IMG/VR virus record: IMGVR_UViG_3300047375_000738
DNA length: 64,000 bases
Direction: 5' to 3' (one strand)
Source: a virus
Lineage: Duplodnaviria; Caudoviricetes
Positions within the stretch are counted from its first letter, which is position 1. Every line of letters begins with the position of its first letter. Below the pieces are notes generated by a model. The model saw only the letters and a program-made list of their open reading frames with translations. It ran no database searches and had not been told where the DNA came from. Both the position numbers and the translations under genes were made by a program. Of this stretch, positions 29,236-38,959 are shown one piece after another.

Positions 29236-31125
29236 TTACTTATCATTTGCTTGAGCAGTACACCGCCAGTATCGGCTTTTCCTATCCCAATGATAAGCCT
29301 TTTGATACCACACTTGTGGATCAATATATTCTTTGTCGTAGTGATCAATTAAAAGTGTATCACTATTTATACCCAGCATATCATTTGCAACTTCTTTATT
29401 AGTTGTTTTTACATAAGGATATTGCTGTGTTTTGTCTCGTGTCATTGCAAGATTTAAACTTACTACTTCCTCGGCATGTTCGATATTATAATATTCTTTT
29501 AAAAACATTACCAGTTCTTTGCCATATTGTTCTTTGTTATCATGTAGTACACAAGCACTTGCGCCTTTGTATTCCCAATAGATATCGTCTTCTCCGTGTA
29601 CCTTACGGCCCCATAACTTTTGATTATAATATGTATCAATATGATGCTGTTCAGTAGCGTTGTATTCACTATACAACAAAGTATCAGGATTGTCAACTAT
29701 CCATTTGCGTAAATCTTCAAAAAAGTCTACTTCACGTATACCTTGTTTGCTTAGATACTTTGCTAGATAATGTCCAAAACCGTAATAATACATTAAGATG
29801 CTTACCCAGCTAAACATAAAGCCTTGTAATACTGTATTCCAATCTGCTGTGCGTGTACTAACTACTGCGCCAGTGTATTCAAAAATATACTTTTCCATAT
29901 CAGTATCACGTAGATAAAATGTGTCTAGAGGTATTTCCTTAACACCCATTCCATATGTATCTTGGTATTTGCTGTCGCCCATTGTAGCGTTATATGTTAT
30001 AACCAAAGGATGTATCATTAGATAACTATCTTGTCCTAAGTCAATAAGTTTTTGCACATTATTTTTTAGACTATCGTATGTTTCTTCTGGCATAGGCCAA
30101 ATAAGTTCACTGTAAGTAGGAATATCTTCTTCCCTATACTTTTCTAAATATTCCGCAACTTGTTCTTCGTTGATATTAAAGCGTTCGCTTGCAACTAGTG
30201 TTGTATCATTAAAACTTTGCATAGCAAACGTAACACCTTTAAAAATATTTACAGGTGCTTTTTTATTCATTAATGCAATATCAAAATTTCTATCTACATT
30301 GTTCTTTGCCCATGTAGCATCAAACCACATAGGATAGCCATACTTTTCTTTTGCGTCTAAGACAAGTTGTGTAAGTTCTACATCACGTTTTAGCAATCCC
30401 CAATTACTATCACAAACACTTACATACTCAATTTTGTTTTTGCCCATCCATTCAATTTCTTGTTTACAACGTTCCATATCAAACAATGTAAGTTTGTTCC
30501 AATAACTATCACCAATGTCGCAAAATGCACAGTGATAAGGGCATCCACGCAAACTTTCCCAAGTAACTTGCCACATAGTGTCTTTAGGATACTTTGCCAT
30601 AATTGGCTCATAGAATCCTTCTAGTATTGGACTTGGAATATCTGCTATGCTTTTTCTACGCATTGCCATCTTAGGCATGTGTGTACGTGTTTGTGTGTGT
30701 ACAATGTCGTCATACTCACCAATTGGTCTAGCAAGTATCTCTTTCATAGCATTTTCGCCTTCGCCGTGTACTGCTACATCAAAGTATGGATATTTGTCAA
30801 AAAACTCTTTGTCACGCTTGTCAATTTGCGGACCACCTGTTACAATTACACAATTAGGGTACACACGTTTTACTTCAGTTGCTAGTTGTTTATTGTATTC
30901 CCAGTTCCAAATATAGCTGCTCATTACAACCATTTTTGGTTCTACCATTTCTGCAACATATTCACTTGGCACTGGCTTTTCAATTAATGTGTCTACTAGA
31001 TTCCAATTGTCGTTTTTTCCATAGCACCACTGGTATGCTATCGCCAAAGGCAAAAATTTATTAGGCCCGTATGCATCACTTGCTTGTATTAGGTATATAT
31101 TATTCAACGTAAAAATTCTCGCCAA
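29236..31125 (-). CDS. Cobalamin-binding radical SAM protein (class B methyltransferase-like)
   Basis: B12-binding domain (SSYIWN...GGPQ), RGCPYHCAFCD, ELIWPMPEET. Confidence 0.85.
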   Translation of the reverse strand: MARIFTLNNIYLIQASDAYGPNKFLPLAIAYQWCYGKNDNWNLVDTLIEKPVPSEYVAEMVEPKMVVMSSYIWNWEYNKQLATEVKRVYPNCVIVTGGPQIDKRDKEFFDKYPYFDVAVHGEGENAMKEILARPIGEYDDIVHTQTRTHMPKMAMRRKSIADIPSPILEGFYEPIMAKYPKDTMWQVTWESLRGCPYHCAFCDIGDSYWNKLTLFDMERCKQEIEWMGKNKIEYVSVCDSNWGLLKRDVELTQLVLDAKEKYGYPMWFDATWAKNNVDRNFDIALMNKKAPVNIFKGVTFAMQSFNDTTLVASERFNINEEQVAEYLEKYREEDIPTYSELIWPMPEETYDSLKNNVQKLIDLGQDSYLMIHPLVITYNATMGDSKYQDTYGMGVKEIPLDTFYLRDTDMEKYIFEYTGAVVSTRTADWNTVLQGFMFSWVSILMYYYGFGHYLAKYLSKQGIREVDFFEDLRKWIVDNPDTLLYSEYNATEQHHIDTYYNQKLWGRKVHGEDDIYWEYKGASACVLHDNKEQYGKELVMFLKEYYNIEHAEEVVSLNLAMTRDKTQQYPYVKTTNKEVANDMLGINSDTLLIDHYDKEYIDPQVWYQKAYHWDRKSRYWRCTAQANDK

Positions 31126-31625
31126 TCTAATTCATATTTAATACTATTAATTTTATGTACGCCTATTAGGTATAGCACATAACTTGCTACACTCGATCCT
31201 CTACCTACACCCCATACAATGTCGTTCTCACGCATAAAGTCTACAAGATAGACCATATAGCGTAATAATGGTAACATACCTCTTTTGTTAAACTCTGCAT
31301 ATTCTTCAAAATAACGTGTAAGTTCTTCTTGTGTTGTGCATTTATTTTGCAAGTATGCTGCAATGTCCATGTTCTTGTATTGCTCAGGCATAAACCATTC
31401 ACTTTGACATACACCGTCAAAAGTCTTTTCGTCTACATCTAATGGAATATACTTTTGTAGTTTGTCTAGACCTTGTTCTTCCATTGCAGCATTAAATTTA
31501 TCAACATCATCATTAGAGTCACACAGAACTACGTGGCACTTGTCTACATTGCCACTGTAAATCATATCTACTAAGTCTTTATTAGAGAATCGTGGGATAC
31601 CGAGTTCGTCTGTTTTCATAAGCAT
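31104..31625 (-). CDS. Stand-alone fragment homologous to DNA polymerase III alpha
   Basis: WGVGRGSSVASYVLYLIGVHKINSIKY matches the DnaE GRGS motif; ends before the catalytic PDIDxD. Confidence 0.7.
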   Translation of the reverse strand: MLMKTDELGIPRFSNKDLVDMIYSGNVDKCHVVLCDSNDDVDKFNAAMEEQGLDKLQKYIPLDVDEKTFDGVCQSEWFMPEQYKNMDIAAYLQNKCTTQEELTRYFEEYAEFNKRGMLPLLRYMVYLVDFMRENDIVWGVGRGSSVASYVLYLIGVHKINSIKYELDWREFLR

Positions 31626-31634
31626 ACATGTATT

Positions 31635-31862
31635 TTAACTTACATTTATTAATTTGTCAAGATCTGTTTTAGGTTCTTCTGCACTTTTTTGCTGACCTAA
31701 TCTTCTTTCTTCAAGCTCGAGCTTGTACGTATCCATTAATAAAATCATTTGCTGACGAACGTCTTCGTTGTCGGTCATAAAATACATTCCGTTAAGTTTG
31801 TATAGTTTCTTTTCAAGTTCTTGTACAGATAAAGTTTTAACTTCGGCTTGCGGATGCATCAA
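31635..31862 (-). CDS. Hypothetical protein
   Basis: 75 aa coiled ORF coupled to the upstream gene. Confidence 0.5.
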   Translation of the reverse strand: MMHPQAEVKTLSVQELEKKLYKLNGMYFMTDNEDVRQQMILLMDTYKLELEERRLGQQKSAEEPKTDLDKLINVS

Positions 31863-32446
31863 TCAAACGATCCTATGTAATTAAAGAACAAGTTATTTCC
31901 TGTATCGTATGTAAACACATCAACAATAATTTTTTGTCCGATTGAACCAGTATGTGTTAGGATATTGTTTCCGCCAACCCATGCAGCATTATTGTCATTT
32001 AATCCAGTGCCGTTACCAGGAGATAGTGTAATGTTAGTTGATACTCCGCTGCTTACACTCATAATAACTCGTAATTTTGCATACCTATTTGTAGGCCATC
32101 CAACAAACGATACTGTCATGATATTACCTGCTGGTGCAGTAGCATTAAATTGATGTACATGTGCATCTCTATAGTCTACTTCGTGATCGGCTGTTAGTGT
32201 TTGACTACTGTTGTTAAACTTTTCAGTGACTTGTAACAGTTCAGCATCTTGGATTTCGTTGCCAACATGATTATTATCTGCATCAATTCTAGCACGATTT
32301 GCTTGTAGTGCTGTAATCTCTGATCCAGCAGTTGTTATGTTTGTTTTTATACTATTAAAGTTGTCGCGAAATCCTTGGCTATCGTTGTCGATACCTGCCA
32401 CTGGATAATCTGCGTCAATTGTACTTGTGTCTATGCTGCTTGCCAT
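31859..32446 (-). CDS. Virion structural protein (baseplate/tail)
   Basis: DNDSQGFRDNF N-terminal motif; late promoter at 32466-32472. Confidence 0.6.
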   Translation of the reverse strand: MASSIDTSTIDADYPVAGIDNDSQGFRDNFNSIKTNITTAGSEITALQANRARIDADNNHVGNEIQDAELLQVTEKFNNSSQTLTADHEVDYRDAHVHQFNATAPAGNIMTVSFVGWPTNRYAKLRVIMSVSSGVSTNITLSPGNGTGLNDNNAAWVGGNNILTHTGSIGQKIIVDVFTYDTGNNLFFNYIGSFD

Positions 32447-32477
32447 GTTATTTCCTCTGCTATACTATTTATTCTCG

Positions 32478-35400
32478 TTAGCTGTTAAATTGATAATTAC
32501 CGAATACAATATATTGATCTTCGGATGATTCTGTAGTTGCATTAACAATGTATCGATCAATATCGTAATCTAGTTTGTTAAATGCAAAACCTACTGTGTT
32601 ATTTTTTATAAAGTTATTTACATTTGCAAGCATCTGTGTGCCTTCGCCTGGTTTTGTGTACACCAAAGGCACTGCAAATGTATATCCTAATTCACGTAAA
32701 CTTCCATCCTGTGCAGTTTGCATCCAAATTGGTAAAAAATCTTTACTAGTTTCACCTACTGCATTAAGATTAGATCTCATTTTTTCAATGTTACTAATAT
32801 AAGTCCTAGCGTCCGAACCTTCACTAACTGCTACAGCATCACTATCAATTTTTATGGTAGTCCAGTCAGGACGTAGTCGCCAAGTTTCTTCTAATCCGTC
32901 AACTGTTGTTGTACTTGCTACTGGAATAAGATTAACAGCACCGTTGCGTTTGATTATACTAATATTACCAACTGCATTTATTTTTACTGTTGCGCCACCA
33001 CGTTTGATTACAGTTAATTCTCCTGTTTTTAAATCTAGCTTAAATGTAGTATTGTCTTTTCGAATAACACTCAAACCTACACCACCGGCACCACCACTAA
33101 AACTATCGTCAATTGGTTCATACGATACACTGTCAACTGTAATTGCTTTTCCACTATTTGGTGATATAAAGTTATCTCTTGTTTCGCCCTTTGATGGCAA
33201 TGCAGGATCGACCATTTCGATGTATACAACTTCGTACAAAACAGTATCAGTACCAGGTTTCTTTGCTACTGCTTTTTTGATGTCTCCAAAGTAATACTGT
33301 TTTCTTTTAACACCTTTTACACTTGCACTTACATAATCGCCAATACTCTTTTGTTCAATACCAGCAAAAATTAAACTACGTAGTTCTTTTTGTACGCCAA
33401 AATTTGGATCGCTCGGTCTATATAAACTTTGTGGTGTAAACACAGTAGTATTATTTAATAATTGATTAATTGTGCGCCTTTGGACTTTTGGTAAAAATGG
33501 CTTCATATACAAATTGCTATATTCATTGGTATCAAGCGTATCAATATTAATTGTAAATTCTTGAGAGATGTTTGTATTTGCAAATCTATCTCTTGCTAAC
33601 ACTGTAAACTTAAATGTTCGATCAAATGTTTGAGTATTGCCGTCAAATGTAGTATTTTGTGTATCAAACTTTGTAAGTCCGGGATTATCTACTGTACCAA
33701 TACTTGGAAATCTTCCTGAAATTTCGCCAGTTGTAGCAAGTGTCATTCCGTATGGTAATGTACCGCCTATTAATGCATAACTTAATACAGCTGATGCATA
33801 TGTGCTGGTTGCACTTACACTAAACAAACTATCTCTATTTGGTTTGATACTTCCAATTAGTGCAGGAGTATTCCAACTTAGTACACTATCAATTTCTCCA
33901 AGAATTTGAATTGTAAATGTTTTAATTTTTTCTTGTATGTTGCTTTCGTCTTTGGTAAAACTTTTTTCAAAGTTTCCTCCTCGTACAGCACCAAAGCTAA
34001 TATTTCGACCAACATTGTATGTTCTTTGTAGAACTTTATCAATCTTTACTCTTTGGTATTCTGCATTTTTTGTAATATTAATTGGCGCACTATCAGCTGT
34101 ATGAAATAGTTCTCTAATGTATGTAGCATTACTAGAATTAGCTGTTAATGGCACCTGCATTTCTACTTGGTATACTCCAGCTGCTCCTGTTGTAACTACA
34201 ATGTATGCTGGCAAGTCTCCTTGTTTTAATAAGTTTTCTAACCCGTCAATAAGACTAACCCCAGCACTATCATCAAAAGAATTTGTAACCAATTCGAGCG
34301 AGTTGGTTGGATCAACACTAACAGTATATTTTACATAATCGTTTATACTATTGATGGTATATGTTTCAGTATCGCTATAAATTATATCCTGTCCATTGTA
34401 GAATAGCAAATCTGCTGTGCCTAGCTTGTTAATATAGAAATAATCATTAGCACCAGAAGGTTCAGCTACAACCAAAGGATTATATTTGTAAAATGGATCA
34501 AGCCCTCTGTTTAGTGTTACAGTGTCAAATTCAGCATTATCGTCATTTACACCTTCAATTCTATAATTACGTCCTTCAATTTCAACATCTTCTCCTACCA
34601 GTTCTACTAGGTCGTCTATCCCATCTGTTAAGTCTGTGCTTAGTTTTGCAATTTTAATTGTTTGTGTGCCAGCTAACATATCTTCATAGAACGTACCGAA
34701 CACAGTAACAATACCAGTGTCTTCATTATAGCGTAGCGCACTAACTGTAAAATTATATTCTTTTGTAACTGCTGGCTGATAAGGAATAATACCTGCTACT
34801 TCTCCAGTTGCAGGATCTAAATCAAGTCCAGGAGGCAGTTCACTTACGCTTTCAGCTTTTACTACTGTAAATTCGTCAGTTGTAATTGGATCTGCTACAA
34901 ATTGTTCATTGAGACTATCTGGTCCACGTTTGCTTACAGGAAAATATGGAAGTATGCCACTAAGTTCATAGTAACCTTCGGTTATTTCACCTGTTGCAGT
35001 TAGTTTATACTGTCCTGGGTTACGCTGCTTCTTTTGATATACTAAAGCACCACTAACATCAGGTTGTACTACTGTTTCTAAAAACAGAGTTGTATAGTTG
35101 TTTGCTCTACGTTTTCCTAAATCGCTTGGTGTTACCCATATTGGAATTCTTTCAAAGGTAATATCGGCAGTAAACACACCAGTACTAACTTCCATAAGTG
35201 TATTGTCTGCTTTTGTAAAATCATCACCTACAACATATATTGTAAATTGTCGTGAGTTTATTGCAGTGCCGTCTGTTACAGTTACAACAAAAGTGTAACG
35301 TCTGTTAAGTTTGCGTGGCGGCTGCACTAAGTCAACATTTGTTAAATCTACATCGCCGTAGTAGTAACTTTCAATTCTGTCATCTGCAGATGCGCCCCAG

Positions 35401-35981
35401 TCAAACACATTAGTACCGTATCTACCTGCATCGTAACCTAGTCTAATTTCATTAATATCTAATGCACGTAATGGATCAACTACACCCGAAATACGTCCAG
35501 CACTATTCATTGATAATCCTGGAGGTAGTGTATTCTGTCCTGCAGTACTGCCGTCACCTAATATGTATTCAAGTGTTTCGCCAGCAGCTACATCTAAGTC
35601 AATTGCTTCAAGTTGAAAATCAATTGGTGAACTGTCTAATATAAAATAAACACCATTAGGACCAACAGGTAAGTTGCCTTCGGCTGTTACCCAAACTGGC
35701 TCGTCGTATCCATCTACTGTAAGTTTTAGTGTACGGTCAGCAATTTTAGTATCACCTGTGGCACGTATACAGAATGCACTTGTTTTGATACTTTTTACAT
35801 TATACGGAGTTCCGACTATTTGATTGTTTTCTATTCTTAATCCGTCGGGTAATGCACCACTAATAACTTTTGTAGTTATACCAGTTGTATCCACAAGAGG
35901 TAAGTCAATAGCAATAGTTTGTCTTTCTTGTAGTGTACCTAGGCTACTGCCGTTGATTACGCTCCATTGTGGCTCAGCCAT
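32478..35981 (-). CDS. Large baseplate wedge-like protein with putative Ig repeats
   Basis: Repeated LPxGLxL...GxIxGxP modules; 1167 aa. Confidence 0.7.
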   Translation of the reverse strand: MAEPQWSVINGSSLGTLQERQTIAIDLPLVDTTGITTKVISGALPDGLRIENNQIVGTPYNVKSIKTSAFCIRATGDTKIADRTLKLTVDGYDEPVWVTAEGNLPVGPNGVYFILDSSPIDFQLEAIDLDVAAGETLEYILGDGSTAGQNTLPPGLSMNSAGRISGVVDPLRALDINEIRLGYDAGRYGTNVFDWGASADDRIESYYYGDVDLTNVDLVQPPRKLNRRYTFVVTVTDGTAINSRQFTIYVVGDDFTKADNTLMEVSTGVFTADITFERIPIWVTPSDLGKRRANNYTTLFLETVVQPDVSGALVYQKKQRNPGQYKLTATGEITEGYYELSGILPYFPVSKRGPDSLNEQFVADPITTDEFTVVKAESVSELPPGLDLDPATGEVAGIIPYQPAVTKEYNFTVSALRYNEDTGIVTVFGTFYEDMLAGTQTIKIAKLSTDLTDGIDDLVELVGEDVEIEGRNYRIEGVNDDNAEFDTVTLNRGLDPFYKYNPLVVAEPSGANDYFYINKLGTADLLFYNGQDIIYSDTETYTINSINDYVKYTVSVDPTNSLELVTNSFDDSAGVSLIDGLENLLKQGDLPAYIVVTTGAAGVYQVEMQVPLTANSSNATYIRELFHTADSAPINITKNAEYQRVKIDKVLQRTYNVGRNISFGAVRGGNFEKSFTKDESNIQEKIKTFTIQILGEIDSVLSWNTPALIGSIKPNRDSLFSVSATSTYASAVLSYALIGGTLPYGMTLATTGEISGRFPSIGTVDNPGLTKFDTQNTTFDGNTQTFDRTFKFTVLARDRFANTNISQEFTINIDTLDTNEYSNLYMKPFLPKVQRRTINQLLNNTTVFTPQSLYRPSDPNFGVQKELRSLIFAGIEQKSIGDYVSASVKGVKRKQYYFGDIKKAVAKKPGTDTVLYEVVYIEMVDPALPSKGETRDNFISPNSGKAITVDSVSYEPIDDSFSGGAGGVGLSVIRKDNTTFKLDLKTGELTVIKRGGATVKINAVGNISIIKRNGAVNLIPVASTTTVDGLEETWRLRPDWTTIKIDSDAVAVSEGSDARTYISNIEKMRSNLNAVGETSKDFLPIWMQTAQDGSLRELGYTFAVPLVYTKPGEGTQMLANVNNFIKNNTVGFAFNKLDYDIDRYIVNATTESSEDQYIVFGNYQFNS

Positions 35982-35990
35982 ATGACCCCC

Positions 35991-36737
35991 TTAAATACTT
36001 CCGCCGTCAATACCACCTGACGCTGGAGTTGTGATAGTTCCTAAATCTACAATTTGATTTCCTAAAAACCATTGTAGTTGCCCTTCGTATGTAGCAGTAA
36101 TTGAACCAATGTCCCAAGTTAAAAATCTGCCTAAATTTTCTTCGTATGCTACTGAATTAGTACTAGTAGTTCTAATATTAGTTGGTGCAAGTGTACTAAT
36201 TGATCCGGTGCCACTTACAGTAAGTGTTGCTGTCAATGCACTAGTCGAACTTAGATTGTTTACACCTGTGATATTTTGACTATTAGCATCTAAACTTGCA
36301 CCAAGTGTTGGACTAGTATCCTGCTCAAGTGCAGCATCAATAATAATTTGAGGGTTTGGACTAGCATTAGCATCTGCTCTAGTTTCAACTCCGTCGCCGC
36401 CATAGATTGCCCAGCTACTTCCGTTTCCTAATAGTATACTGCCTACATCACTAATCACAGCACTTTGCTGTACAGGGTCACTACCGTCAATAACAATAGT
36501 ATTGTCTAGTTCTGTTAGATTAATGTTACTACCGCCGATTAGATTTCTAAATCTTAAACTGTTGGCTACTTTGTCTTTGTAAACACTACTTCCTGAAGCG
36601 CCAAGACTTAATCCATCGGTTGCCTGCACTGCTTCAAGGTCTGCAAAATTGTTGTTTACCTTAATAAATGCTTCTCGGAGATCGTCGCCTGTTCCGTCGT
36701 TTGCTGCATTACCTATGTTAATTGTTTGTACTGCCAT
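35991..36737 (-). CDS. Baseplate/tail protein with T4 gp9/gp10-like N-terminus
   Basis: TINIGNAANDGTGDDLREAFIKVNNNF. Confidence 0.7.
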   Translation of the reverse strand: MAVQTINIGNAANDGTGDDLREAFIKVNNNFADLEAVQATDGLSLGASGSSVYKDKVANSLRFRNLIGGSNINLTELDNTIVIDGSDPVQQSAVISDVGSILLGNGSSWAIYGGDGVETRADANASPNPQIIIDAALEQDTSPTLGASLDANSQNITGVNNLSSTSALTATLTVSGTGSISTLAPTNIRTTSTNSVAYEENLGRFLTWDIGSITATYEGQLQWFLGNQIVDLGTITTPASGGIDGGSI

Positions 36738-36750
36738 CTAAATCTCCTCT

Positions 36751-38388
36751 TTAATTTGTTGCAACTTCTAGCCAAGAATTATTTAAAAATACCATTAGTG
36801 CTTGGCTGCCATCGCCGATTGGATCCCAGGCTTGCCCGTCGGCTATTGCCATCATTCCTATAAAGGTATCATCTGCATTCGGCGTTCCGCCGATAGGTGG
36901 AATAAATGTAGCCCACCCGCCGGTAACAAGACCGTTGCCTGCTGCGTTAACAAAATCTCTACCACTAAGATATATTTGGTGATATCCGTGTGTACTATTG
37001 TACATATATGTACCTTCTGACGGGCTACTTGGTCTTTGTGCATCTGTGCCGCCGCCACTTTGGGCAAGTTCTACATAATTTGCACGAACACGTATTCCAG
37101 CTCCTGCTTCAAATGTGATTGTTCCTGATGCGTTGTTGTTGTCAATTTGTAAATTAGCTGTGTCTGCTATAATTCCACCTAAGCTAACATTTCCGCTAAT
37201 GTAAGCTGAAGCAAATTCGTTACTGGCATCGCCTAAGCCAATATTTGCAGCAGGACTTAATGTTGCACTTACACCAATAGTATTTCCTGAATCTAATACT
37301 AAGTTGCCGGTGCCGCCAATAGTCATGGTGTTACCACCTGCGGTATCAATACTAAATGCATTAGAGTGGTTAAAAGAAAGACCGCCGGTGTTAAGTTGCA
37401 TATCAGTAGCAATAATTTGTCCACTACTCGTTATTGCACCTGTTCCAATTGATAGTGCTGTGGTAGAACCTAGTTGGAGAACATCGTCGAGTGTTTGAGT
37501 TTCAGAAGTTAAAAATCCTAGTAAGTTAGTTGCACCATTATATGGTGTATATCCAATTGCTGTTACAACTTCACTAGCATCAATATAACCATTTGGGTTA
37601 GTAGTGCCGTTGTATGGTGTATATCCTAAGGCAGTTGTTACATCTGCTTCGGCGATACCTGTGATATATCCAGCTGGGTTAGTGTTATTGTATGGTGTGT
37701 AACCTAAAGCATCTGTAATACCTATTGCAGTATTGATAAATCCATCTGGGTTAGTAGCATTGTAAGGAGTAAACCCTAGTGCGCCAGTAATTTGAGTGCC
37801 AGTTAACCCATCTAAAATACTTGCAGTTGTAATAGTAGTTAAATTTTCTTCGGTAGCATTTACAACTACTAATTGATCTGCTCTTCCATCAAATGTAAAG
37901 CCATCACTTAAACTTTCAAATGTACCGCCTGCTAACAAGCCACCGTTGTCTGTAAGATCAGCAAGGTCTGTCGGGATCAATCCATCAGTGTCGCCAAGTT
38001 GATTAAGGTCAATTGGAATAAATGGTTTGTTAATTAAGTCATTATAGTCACCAGTAAATCCGCCACCTAATAATCCATCTGTATCAGCTAACTGATTAAC
38101 GTCTACCGGAATAGTTGGAGCATCTAATAGATTATTAAAACTAACTTGTTCTAGTAATGGTAATCCTCCAACAGTATAAGTAAGTGCTTCAATTGTTCCG
38201 CTAACAGTTGCATTAGTTGCTAACACAAGCGGCGCTGTTAGTGTACCGCCTGCTGTAATGCCACCTGTTGTGCTTAGTGAGGATAACCCAGTTAAGTTAT
38301 TGCCAGTAAGATCTAAATCATCACCGACTGGCAGTTCTCTCAACTGGTTGTTTGTTTCATCTAATATTAGTGGAAATCTACTTGCCAT
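36751..38388 (-). CDS. Tail fibre-like protein with internal repeats
   Basis: Gly/Thr/Asn-rich; four LG[FY]TPYNxxNxxG repeats. Confidence 0.65.
   Translation of the reverse strand: MASRFPLILDETNNQLRELPVGDDLDLTGNNLTGLSSLSTTGGITAGGTLTAPLVLATNATVSGTIEALTYTVGGLPLLEQVSFNNLLDAPTIPVDVNQLADTDGLLGGGFTGDYNDLINKPFIPIDLNQLGDTDGLIPTDLADLTDNGGLLAGGTFESLSDGFTFDGRADQLVVVNATEENLTTITTASILDGLTGTQITGALGFTPYNATNPDGFINTAIGITDALGYTPYNNTNPAGYITGIAEADVTTALGYTPYNGTTNPNGYIDASEVVTAIGYTPYNGATNLLGFLTSETQTLDDVLQLGSTTALSIGTGAITSSGQIIATDMQLNTGGLSFNHSNAFSIDTAGGNTMTIGGTGNLVLDSGNTIGVSATLSPAANIGLGDASNEFASAYISGNVSLGGIIADTANLQIDNNNASGTITFEAGAGIRVRANYVELAQSGGGTDAQRPSSPSEGTYMYNSTHGYHQIYLSGRDFVNAAGNGLVTGGWATFIPPIGGTPNADDTFIGMMAIADGQAWDPIGDGSQALMVFLNNSWLEVATN
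37511..37782 (-). repeat. Four coding repeats A[LI]G[FY]TPYN-x(2-3)-N[PL]xG[FY][IL]
   Basis: Visible in the translation of 36751-38388. Confidence 0.75.
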
Positions 38389-38434
38389 TCTCGTATCCTT
38401 GTATTGTTATGTATATTTATCGTAGTTGGTATCG

Positions 38435-38959
38435 TCATGTCCAATAGTACCAAGCAGTGCCGTCCCAAACAAATTCCGCAGACTGGGCAATACCAACTTC
38501 ACGTTGTGATGCTGCTTGTACTCCGCCTGCTTCAAAAATATTTCCGCTGATCTTTGTTGCACCGGCGAGCCCGCCATTCCAAGCGTCAACAAATCTTATT
38601 ATTTGACCAACATATGCACCACTTCCTATATCTGCATATATATTTACTGACGGAGTGCCTTTGATTATATATGTTGAATTAGTAGTGTTATCTAGTATTG
38701 TAGGATTTACGCTATCTGTACTAAATCCTGTATCAGCCGGAACTAATACTACACCTGCAGGTCTATGACCATCAGTAATTCCATAACCTGCTATTGTAGT
38801 TGGTTTTCCTGTAAGAGAACTAAACGCACCGTCAAAATTGGAAGTATCTGCTGTATACAGTTCATCAAAGTTATCATTGATTTTATCAAATGCTGTGCGT
38901 AACGGATCACCATCACCTTTGTTTACTGATGATCCAATGTTTATTGTTTGCTTAGCCAT
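38435..38959 (-). CDS. Tail/baseplate protein with gp9/gp10-like N-terminus
   Basis: MAKQTINIGSSVNKGDGDPLRTAFDKINDNF. Confidence 0.7.
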   Translation of the reverse strand: MAKQTINIGSSVNKGDGDPLRTAFDKINDNFDELYTADTSNFDGAFSSLTGKPTTIAGYGITDGHRPAGVVLVPADTGFSTDSVNPTILDNTTNSTYIIKGTPSVNIYADIGSGAYVGQIIRFVDAWNGGLAGATKISGNIFEAGGVQAASQREVGIAQSAEFVWDGTAWYYWT

